Source: Bacillota bacterium (lineage in GTDB: Bacteria > Bacillota > Clostridia > Oscillospirales > Ruminococcaceae). Taken from it: a stretch of 24,000 nucleotides of DNA. The position numbers were made by a program, and so were the translations under genes. The stretch lies in contig JAEWWT010000027.1 in the NCBI GenBank assembly GCA_023396225.1, positions 156,202 through 180,201 on the forward strand, given 5' to 3'. Below the pieces are notes generated by a model. That model worked only from the letters and a program-made list of their open reading frames with translations, did not search any database and was not told where the DNA came from. Positions 6,074 through 12,730 of this stretch are shown here, in pieces; positions within the stretch are counted from its first letter, which is position 1; every line of letters starts with the position of its first letter.

Positions 6074-7783
6074 ATGAACATGAAAAAAACACTTGCTGCT
6101 CTTTCAGCAGCAGCAGTAGCAGTATCTGCAATGGCTACAACAGTATCCGCTGAAACTGGATCATTTACATATGATCTTGTTAGAGAAACAAAAACTATTG
6201 AAGACGGTACAGCAACAATAACAACAGTAGCTTCAGGTCTTAACCTCACAGGTGCAACAAGTCTTAATGTTACAATGAACAATTCAGATGTTAACAAGTT
6301 TAAGGCTGGTGAAACAGTTTACACAATTACTGTTACACAGAATGGTACAAGCCAGGTTTGGACAAAGGAAATCAGCAGCAAGAGCGATGCAGCTAACTAC
6401 TCAACATGGATTTCAGTAACAGGCGACACAGCTGTAGTTACAATCCCATGTGCAGCTGGCGCTACAACAGGCGGTATCGATACAGCAGTATTTGATACAA
6501 ATGTAAGAGTTCAGATCGTTGCTGCTACTAAGCACGATGTTAAGGATGATTCACAGAAGAAATTTAACGCTGCTATCACTGCTGGCACAATCAGCACACA
6601 GTTCGAAGCTGTTTCAGCTGCTAACACTGCTGAACTTGCTTTGATTGATGCTGACATTGCTACAGTAAATGCAATGGTACTTGGCGCAGATGTAACTGGT
6701 ACAACACTTACAGCTACTGGTGCTCCTTCAACAGCTGGTATGACAGCTCTTACAGCTGATCAGAAGGCTTCATTAACTGCAGCTCTTACAGTTCTTAAGA
6801 ATGCAATCCAGGTTAATGTTGCTCCACAGATTGCTTCAACAAACGCTGGCGAAAAGGTACACCTCTTCCCAATGATGACAACTGTTAACGGTATTGCTAG
6901 ACCAGTTGTTTCAACAGGCCTCGTTTCAAACAATGCTGATGGAAAGAATGTTGCTAATGATTCATATGATCTCATTTCAAGCACATCTTCAACATCTACA
7001 CAGTTTGATCTTATTGATTACCTCGAGCTCAACAATGGCGATCTTAACGACAAGATTGGCAAGGTTGGATATAAGAATGTTCTTCCAGTTCTTAACGATG
7101 TTATTGCTAACTACGAAGATGTTACATTCACATTCACAACATCTGCTCTCTATGTAAACGTAGATTCAAGAGATAACAATACTGTTTCATACCTCAAGAA
7201 GGATGATGACAAGGCATTCGGTGAAGGCTTCTCAGAGAAGAAGGATGATTACTGGTACAACCCATCATTCGGTCAGCACCTCTATGGTAAGGACTACTAT
7301 GATGCTGAAGGCACAAACTATGTTGGAACAAACAACAATTGGGCATTCAACCTCTTCACAGGCGGTCTCACAATCAATAACAAGTACACAATGTCACTCA
7401 ACGATACTCAGGTATTTGATTGGGGCGAAAATACACTTTCATTTGATTGGGAATCAGTAACAGACGGTAAGGTAACTAATGCTACACAGCTTCTTGAATA
7501 CATGAACCTCTACACATCAACACCTTGGTTCTGGGATACAATGACTGTAGCTTTCAACGATGCTAATGCTGAAGATGCTGAATCAGGCGAAGGCGTAGAA
7601 GGCGAAGAAGAAGTTGTTGAAGAAGAAACAACAGCTGAAGAAGAAGTTCCAGCTGAAGAAGAAGCTCCAGTTGTTGACGATGCTACAGCTGAAAACCCAG
7701 CAACAGGAAACGCTTCAGTAGCACTCGCAGTTATCCCTGTAGCTCTCGCAGCAGCAGCAATCGTTGCTAAGAAGAGAGGCTAA
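6074..7783 (+). CDS. Secreted cell-surface protein, paralogue B (569 aa), with a putative sortase-type NPATG C-terminal anchor
   Basis: AAGGAGG at 6059-6065 precedes ATGAACATGAAAAA, as in paralogue A. The ORF-track TTG at 6005 is an upstream extension. The protein is roughly four-fifths identical to paralogue A by eye. The C-terminus has an acidic stalk, NPATGN, a hydrophobic helix and KKRG. Confidence 0.9.
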   Translation: MNMKKTLAALSAAAVAVSAMATTVSAETGSFTYDLVRETKTIEDGTATITTVASGLNLTGATSLNVTMNNSDVNKFKAGETVYTITVTQNGTSQVWTKEISSKSDAANYSTWISVTGDTAVVTIPCAAGATTGGIDTAVFDTNVRVQIVAATKHDVKDDSQKKFNAAITAGTISTQFEAVSAANTAELALIDADIATVNAMVLGADVTGTTLTATGAPSTAGMTALTADQKASLTAALTVLKNAIQVNVAPQIASTNAGEKVHLFPMMTTVNGIARPVVSTGLVSNNADGKNVANDSYDLISSTSSTSTQFDLIDYLELNNGDLNDKIGKVGYKNVLPVLNDVIANYEDVTFTFTTSALYVNVDSRDNNTVSYLKKDDDKAFGEGFSEKKDDYWYNPSFGQHLYGKDYYDAEGTNYVGTNNNWAFNLFTGGLTINNKYTMSLNDTQVFDWGENTLSFDWESVTDGKVTNATQLLEYMNLYTSTPWFWDTMTVAFNDANAEDAESGEGVEGEEEVVEEETTAEEEVPAEEEAPVVDDATAENPATGNASVALAVIPVALAAAAIVAKKRG

Positions 7784-7852
7784 TTCTAGCTGACTACTGT
7801 TAACGCAGTTTCATGAATGACTAACAAATCGGTTTCTAACATCTTATAAAGA

Positions 7853-7888
7853 AGAGCCGCCCGGATGCAGAACGGGCGGCTCTTTTTA
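7853..7888 (+). terminator. Rho-independent terminator of paralogue B
   Basis: GAGCCGCCCG pairs with CGGGCGGCTC, followed by TTTTT. The loop GATGCAGAA is the same as in the 2104-2137 terminator, and the stem differs by a compensated pair. Confidence 0.85.
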
Positions 7889-8088
7889 TTATGTAATGAA
7901 AATTTCAAGTCTTAATACCTTTCTACATATACATAATAACGCAGAAATGGCAATTTGTTTTTAAACAATACTACAAATAAAAACCAATTTGTAACCAAAA
8001 TTTCACACAGTCAGTGAATTATTTTGAATTTTGTTTAAAATGTGCATTAGCAAGTGAAATATTTGTGCAAAATCTGTTATAATAATAG

Positions 8089-8117
8089 TTGTAGTGCAAA
8101 AATTAATGTGCTATAAT
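8089..8117 (+). promoter_or_regulatory. Extended -10 promoter of stalk-only gene 1
   Basis: TTGTAG (8089-8094), a 17-nt spacer, then TGcTATAAT (8109-8117). A second TGtTATAAT lies upstream at 8075-8083. Confidence 0.55.
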
Positions 8118-8166
8118 AATCGCATAGTAAAAAACTATAATATCATGTTTAATGGAGGAATTTATT

Positions 8167-8442
8167 ATGAAACTTAAGAAAATTCTTGCTGCTCTTGCAG
8201 CTTCTGCAATGGCTCTCACAATGTTTGGTATGATGGCATCTGCTGAAGGTGTTGAAGGCGAAGAAGAAATCGTTGATGAAACAACTGCTGAAGACGAAAC
8301 TCCTGCTGAAGATGAGGCAGAAGTAGCTCCTGCTGAAGATGAAGCTGCTGCAAACCCATCAACAGGTAATGCTTCAGTTGCACTTGCTGTTATCCCTGTA
8401 GCTCTTGCTGCAGCAGCAATCGTTGCTAAGAAGGCTAAGTAA
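8167..8442 (+). CDS. Stalk-only secreted acidic protein (91 aa): signal peptide, polyacidic linker, NPSTG sorting cassette
   Basis: GGAGG at 8154-8158 precedes the ATG at 8167. The signal peptide is MKLKKILAALAASAMALTMFGMMASA|EG. About 40 residues follow, of which 17 are D/E and none are basic. The C-terminus is NPSTGNASVALAVIPVALAAAAIVAKKAK. The tail nucleotides are almost identical to those of paralogue A. Confidence 0.8.
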   Translation: MKLKKILAALAASAMALTMFGMMASAEGVEGEEEIVDETTAEDETPAEDEAEVAPAEDEAAANPSTGNASVALAVIPVALAAAAIVAKKAK

Positions 8443-8462
8443 TTTTAAAAATTACGAATTTA

Positions 8463-8497
8463 ATAAGCCCACCTAAAATAAGGCGGGCTTATTTTTT
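8463..8497 (+). terminator. Rho-independent terminator
   Basis: ATAAGCCCACC pairs with GGCGGGCTTAT with one mismatch, followed by TTTTTT. Confidence 0.75.
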
Positions 8498-8759
8498 ACA
8501 TAATTAGCTTTGTTTAAAATATGATAAACGGTTCCATGCATATATTATATTGTATCATTTAATTACTTATCTGAAGCAATGCGGTTATAGTTAATTTTTT
8601 ACATTTTAATTATATATACAACATATTAAGTATAACTAAATTAGTTTGTTAGTTATAATTTTTACAATAAAACCACAAGATGGTATGACTTTGGATGATA
8701 ATTATATATTATGCTAAAAAAGTTATAAATTACATGATAATAATTATTGAAATTTAAGA

Positions 8760-8788
8760 TTGTATTAGTTGAAATTGAGTGATATAAT
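8760..8788 (+). promoter_or_regulatory. Extended -10 promoter of stalk-only gene 2
   Basis: TTGTAT (8760-8765), a 17-nt spacer, then TGaTATAAT (8780-8788). Confidence 0.55.
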
Positions 8789-8925
8789 GATTGAAGATTG
8801 GTGAGAGGTAGATAAAATCAATGCGCCTTCTTATCAACTTAAAATAAGATGATAATGGTTTGCGAATAGCTGACTATTACATAAATAGAGATATTAATTT
8901 TAAATTAAAACGGAGGACAATTACT

Positions 8926-9216
8926 ATGAAACTCAAGAAGATTATCGCAGCAGTTGCTGCACTCACTATGGCTGTATCAATGATGGCTGTATCTGCATCT
9001 GCAGATGACACAACAACAGCTGCTGCTGAAGAAACAACAGTTGCTGAAGAAGCTGCTGAAGAAGAAGTTGCTGCTGATGAAGAAGCTGCTCCTGCTGAAG
9101 AAGCTACAGATGCTGCTACAACAGAAGCTCCTGCTACAGGCAACACAGTTGCAGTAGTAGTTGCTGCTATGGCTGTTGCTGGTGCTGCAGTTGTTGCAAC
9201 AAGAAAGAGAAAGTAA
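8926..9216 (+). CDS. Stalk-only secreted acidic protein (96 aa): signal peptide, Ala/Glu/Thr-rich acidic linker, APATG sorting cassette
   Basis: GGAGG at 8912-8916 precedes the ATG at 8926. The signal peptide is MKLKKIIAAVAALTMAVSMMAVSASA|DD. About 45 residues follow, of which 16 are D/E and none are basic. The C-terminus is APATGNTVAVVVAAMAVAGAAVVATRKRK. Confidence 0.8.
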   Translation: MKLKKIIAAVAALTMAVSMMAVSASADDTTTAAAEETTVAEEAAEEEVAADEEAAPAEEATDAATTEAPATGNTVAVVVAAMAVAGAAVVATRKRK

Positions 9217-9238
9217 TTATTACTTTTAAAAGCTGAAG

Positions 9239-9269
9239 GAAGTCCGTCATTTATGGCGGACTTTTTTTG
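9239..9269 (+). terminator. Rho-independent terminator
   Basis: AAGTCCGTCAT pairs with ATGGCGGACTT (one G-U pair), followed by a T7 run. Confidence 0.8.
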
Positions 9270-9425
9270 TGCATTTTGAAATAATGATTGACAGTTTATA
9301 AAGTATCTATTTCTTGTATTAAATATGTTAAATCAAATTTTAATAATTTCTCAAAAAATCTATTATTTATGTATACATGTATGTTGTAAAATATAATAAA
9401 GAAAACTATGGAAAGAGGGCTGCGT

Positions 9426-11036
9426 ATGAAGCAAAGAATACATATTAATCAAGTAGGATATATTTGCTACAAGCGAAAAACAGCAGCTTATGTCGGAAAT
9501 CTGAATTCTTTTGCAGTAATTAATGCAAAAACGCAGAGGGTGCTGTGTTCTGGAACTCTTTCCAAGCCTGTTCTTGATAAAGCTTCCGGAGATATGGTCA
9601 GAATAGCTGATTTCTCTTCATTCAATATGTCCGGAAAGTATTATATAAAAATTGGCATTAAGAAATCATTTGTTTTTGAAATTTCTGAAAAGCCATATGT
9701 TAATGTGAAAAATTTACTTATCAAAGGTTTGTATTATAATCGCTGCGGATGTGCATTAAACAACAAAAATGAAGAATATCCTGCAAATATGTGCCACTGT
9801 GATGTTATACCGTTGCTTAATTCAACTTTACATAAAATTGATGTTTCAGGTGGTTGGCATGATTCAGGAAACTATGGCAGATATGTTCCGCCTGCTTGCC
9901 TTGCACTTGGATATCTCTTAAATGCTTTTAGACTTTTTCCTGAAAGTTTTGGGGATTCGGCAGGGATTGTTTCGGAAACTACTGACTTGCCTGATGTTCT
10001 TGCAGAGGCAAAGGTTGAACTTGACTGGCTTTTGAAAATGCAGGCTAAGGACGGTGGAGTTTATCACAAGGTTGCGCCGCTCAATGCATTTGAATTTACT
10101 TCTCCTAATGAAGATAAAAGTCAGCATTATGTATTCCCTAAGTCACATCATGCAACGGCAGACTTCACGGCATGTACTGCTCTTGCGGCATCTGTTTTCA
10201 AGAATTATGATAATGGATATGCTGAAAAGCTGAAAAGCGCTGCTGTGAACTCGTGGATATGGCTGATGAACAATCCGACATTTGTGAAGTTTGAAAATCC
10301 TCCGTCAACTCATGTAAATACTGCTGGCGACTTTGTTGATGATGATATTAGGGACGACATGCTTTGGGCAAGTTGTGAGCTTTATGGTATGACTGGTGAT
10401 GATTTCTTTGTTGAAAAAATACTGGAGCTTTACAAGCAGGTTAATCTTACAGGCTTTTCAAACTGTCATATTGGTGGGTTCGCATCACTTGCATATTTGC
10501 ATTGTAACCGTGAAAGAAATGCAAAGGTTATGTCTGCAATAAATACAAGCTTCCGTGTTGCCGCAGATAATATAGACTCGCTTGCAAAATCAAATCCGTA
10601 CTTTATTTCAAAGGGATATACTGATTATGTTCTTGGCAGCAACCTTAAATCAATGAGGGACTGCATTGTTCTTATCATTGCAAACCGACTTCTCGGAAAC
10701 GATGACTATATTGATACAGTTGTTGAACAGTTTAATTACATATTGGGAAAGAATTGTATGGGTATGTGCTTTATTACAGGCATTGGCGCTAATTCAGTCG
10801 TGCATCCTCATCACAGACCGTCAATGACATCATATCAGCATAAACCTGTTCCGGGACTGCTTGTTGGTGGACCTAATTCTGAAAGAAAAGACGAGTATGC
10901 AAAATGGAGCATTCCGCAGGATACTCCTCCTGCAAGATGTTATGAAGACTGTGATATGAGTTTTTCAACGAATGAGCCGGCTATATATAACAACGGTGCG
11001 GCTATATTTGTAGAAGCTTTTTTGGAAACATTGTAA
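9426..11036 (+). CDS. Glycoside hydrolase family 9 protein with an N-terminal CelD_N Ig-like domain and no signal peptide
   Basis: 'INQVGY' marks the Ig-like N-domain start. GH9 signature regions are present: 'DVSGGWHDSGNYGRY', 'GANSVVHPHHRPS', 'YEDCDMSFSTNEPAIYNNGAA'. AGAGGG precedes the ATG at 9426 (alternative 9408). Confidence 0.85.
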   Translation: MKQRIHINQVGYICYKRKTAAYVGNLNSFAVINAKTQRVLCSGTLSKPVLDKASGDMVRIADFSSFNMSGKYYIKIGIKKSFVFEISEKPYVNVKNLLIKGLYYNRCGCALNNKNEEYPANMCHCDVIPLLNSTLHKIDVSGGWHDSGNYGRYVPPACLALGYLLNAFRLFPESFGDSAGIVSETTDLPDVLAEAKVELDWLLKMQAKDGGVYHKVAPLNAFEFTSPNEDKSQHYVFPKSHHATADFTACTALAASVFKNYDNGYAEKLKSAAVNSWIWLMNNPTFVKFENPPSTHVNTAGDFVDDDIRDDMLWASCELYGMTGDDFFVEKILELYKQVNLTGFSNCHIGGFASLAYLHCNRERNAKVMSAINTSFRVAADNIDSLAKSNPYFISKGYTDYVLGSNLKSMRDCIVLIIANRLLGNDDYIDTVVEQFNYILGKNCMGMCFITGIGANSVVHPHHRPSMTSYQHKPVPGLLVGGPNSERKDEYAKWSIPQDTPPARCYEDCDMSFSTNEPAIYNNGAAIFVEAFLETL

Positions 11037-11056
11037 AATTAATAATTCAGCATTTT

Positions 11057-11093
11057 GCGTCGGTAATGTAATAAAACATTACCGACGCTTTAC
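11057..11093 (+). terminator. Terminator hairpin after the GH9 gene
   Basis: GCGTCGGTAATGT pairs with ACATTACCGACGC in a 13-bp perfect stem, followed by a short TTTA. Confidence 0.65.
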
Positions 11094-11115
11094 GGTATAT
11101 TTTCATACATTTTGG

Positions 11116-11144
11116 TTGACAATAAAAATAATGTGTATTATAAT
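11116..11144 (+). promoter_or_regulatory. Consensus sigma-70 promoter of the NTase/HEPN pair
   Basis: TTGACA (11116-11121), exactly 17 nt, then TATAAT (11139-11144). This places the ORF-track TTG start at 11112 inside the promoter. Confidence 0.7.
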
Positions 11145-11213
11145 ATAAAAAAACAAATGTGTTTTAATGCGTCGGAAAGGGGACATGCTTCTAAAAGAGG
11201 CATAAATACTGCT

Positions 11214-11525
11214 ATGGAAAATAATCCTATAATCAGACAAATGGCAGATGATATTATTAAAATCTGCTCACCGTTTCAAATTTTTCTTGTTTCTAGCAAA
11301 ACAGATAAAAAGGGTGAACTTACATCTTTCAAGCTGTGTATTATCGTTGCAGACAGTTATACACCTTCTGTTCTTGAAACGGACATTCTTGTAAATACTG
11401 ATTGTCCTGTTCCTTGTGATATTCTGGTATACAATGTCACTGAATGGAATGATATTGTTCAGGATGACTGCTCCTTTGCATATAAGGTAGATAATGCGGG
11501 GGTACTTATTTATGAGCAGAGCTAA
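11214..11525 (+). CDS. Minimal nucleotidyltransferase (MNT)-like protein with degenerate catalytic motifs
   Basis: The C-terminal 'DILVYNVTEWNDIVQDDCSFAYKVDNAGVLIYE' is typical of MNT partners of HEPN proteins. Where GS...DxD is expected it reads 'LVSSKTDKKGELTSFKLCIIV'. The gene overlaps the next gene. Confidence 0.55.
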   Translation: MENNPIIRQMADDIIKICSPFQIFLVSSKTDKKGELTSFKLCIIVADSYTPSVLETDILVNTDCPVPCDILVYNVTEWNDIVQDDCSFAYKVDNAGVLIYEQS

Positions 11526-11949
11526 TCATAACACCGACAGTAAAAGATATTATGACTGGATATTCCATGCGTATCAAGACAGGCTTGCTGCGCAGGTACT
11601 TATGGACGATGAAAGGTTGTACAGCGTTGCAGCTTTCCATTGTCAGCAATGCATAGAAAAAGGTCTGAAGGGCTTTCTGCTGTTTAAGAACAGGAAGCAA
11701 TTCGACGGACATAACCTTACATGGCTTTGCAAACAGGCATCGCTTATGGATCAGAGCTTTACAAAGTGGATTACCAAGAGTGCACTTCTCAACAGGTACT
11801 ACATTGAAACAAGATACCCTGCTGACATCCCGATGGATATTGACAAGGAAACCATTGATGATGTTATGGAAGCCACTACAGAAATGCTTGACTTTATCTG
11901 TGAGCTTATAAAGTTTGATATTAATAGTTATCATAAGAAAAAGAGATAA
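11512..11949 (+). CDS. HEPN domain protein
   Basis: 'AAFHCQQCIEKGLKGFL', 'NRKQFDGHNLTWL' (Rx5H) and 'IETRYPAD' fit the HEPN pattern. The start overlaps the stop of the NTase-like gene (alternative ATG at 11494). Confidence 0.65.
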   Translation: MSRANHNTDSKRYYDWIFHAYQDRLAAQVLMDDERLYSVAAFHCQQCIEKGLKGFLLFKNRKQFDGHNLTWLCKQASLMDQSFTKWITKSALLNRYYIETRYPADIPMDIDKETIDDVMEATTEMLDFICELIKFDINSYHKKKR

Positions 11950-11967
11950 TATTATTATGTAAAGACA

Positions 11968-11998
11968 AAAGGCACTTGCATTATGCTTGTGCCTTCTT
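11968..11998. terminator. Bidirectional terminator between convergent genes
   Basis: AAGGCAC..GC pairs with GC..GTGCCTT, flanked by A-rich sequence upstream and T-rich sequence downstream. Confidence 0.55.
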
Positions 11999-12007
11999 AA
12001 TTTATAT

Positions 12008-12421
12008 TTAAGCATGTACTGTTCTGGGTCTGAACAATTTGCCGAGAAATCTGCATAGAAACACAGCTGGTATTGTAATGAAGTACCATGCCATAGAAAA
12101 CATAAGACATACCTGCCCAAATAGATTCATATATAAGTCTGAATAGTCCCATACGTTCCAGCCAAGCCATAGGTTTACTATACAGCCTGTGACAAATTCA
12201 AGAGCTGTTATTGTAAATGCACCGAAAAGGCACTTGCGGAAAATAGATGTGTCCGGATGGGTTGTGAAATGTCTGTACATTATTAAGAGGCACAAACCGC
12301 CGAGTATTGCCATTGACCAGTGGGTATATCCTCTGTAAATTATCTCTATAATAGAATAGAGAAATGCTCCAATTAAAAAAACTAAAGAGTGTTCTTTGAA
12401 CTTTATCATATTTATGATCAT
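12008..12421 (-). CDS. Polytopic membrane protein, CmpB/DUF1113-like ('putative ABC-transporter type IV')
   Basis: There are about four TM segments. 'FLYSIIEIIYRG' and 'WNVWDYSDLYMNLFGQVCLMFSMAW' resemble the family's WDYS...N..G.vcl..s..W pattern. The start is ATGATCATAAATATG (alternative second ATG at 12409). Confidence 0.65.
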   Translation of the reverse strand: MIINMIKFKEHSLVFLIGAFLYSIIEIIYRGYTHWSMAILGGLCLLIMYRHFTTHPDTSIFRKCLFGAFTITALEFVTGCIVNLWLGWNVWDYSDLYMNLFGQVCLMFSMAWYFITIPAVFLCRFLGKLFRPRTVHA

Positions 12422-12532
12422 GCTTCCATAGGAAGCATGCCTCCTCTTTTTGATGTTTTGTGTTTTTCAAACTGACGTTTGAAAAACACAAAACTCGTAG
12501 TTTGAAAGATTTATCTTTCAAACTTTTTTCCC
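12407..12532 (-). repeat. Leader-module copy B
   Basis: The palindrome lies at 12499-12524. A perfect 18-bp stem with a 4-nt loop lies at 12455-12494. GAGGAGG follows, then an extra 9-bp hairpin CATGCTTCC-TAT-GGAAGCATG (12419-12439) that contains the annotated ATG, then ATGATCATAAATATG. Confidence 0.85.
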
Positions 12533-12657
12533 GTTAAAATTGTAAGTTTTTAATATTATTTGAGAGGGTATATGTGATATACTTATGTATTTAATGACAT
12601 AAGTTCAAATATTATCTATTACAGGAATGATATGCTATAAAAATATATTTTTAGCTC

Positions 12658-12686
12658 TTGACAAGGTAACGCAAATGATGTATAAT
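12658..12686 (+). promoter_or_regulatory. Consensus sigma-70 promoter of the ylxM-ffh operon
   Basis: TTGACA (12658-12663), a 17-nt spacer, then TATAAT (12681-12686). Confidence 0.7.
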
Positions 12687-12730
12687 ATGTAAAGTATTTT
12701 TGCTTTACATATTATTTTGGAGGTGTCAGT

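Noticed and set aside
6025-7460. Antisense and alternate-frame ORFs within paralogue B (6025-6297 -, 6760-6984 -, 6894-7157 +, 7203-7460 +)
   Set aside because: They are the same codon-bias artefact as in paralogue A.
8877-9146. 89-aa antisense ORF opposite stalk-only gene 2 (Ala/Ser-rich)
   Set aside because: It is the complement of GCT/GAA-rich codons, which gives AGC/TTC. It has no SD or promoter, whereas the sense gene has a promoter, SD, signal peptide and terminator.
11506-12521. Minus-strand ORFs 11506-12120 (204 aa) and 12198-12521 (107 aa)
   Set aside because: The first is antisense to the well-supported HEPN gene and crosses a terminator. The second is out of frame over the CmpB-like gene and runs through leader-module copy B. 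Neither has an SD or family resemblance.
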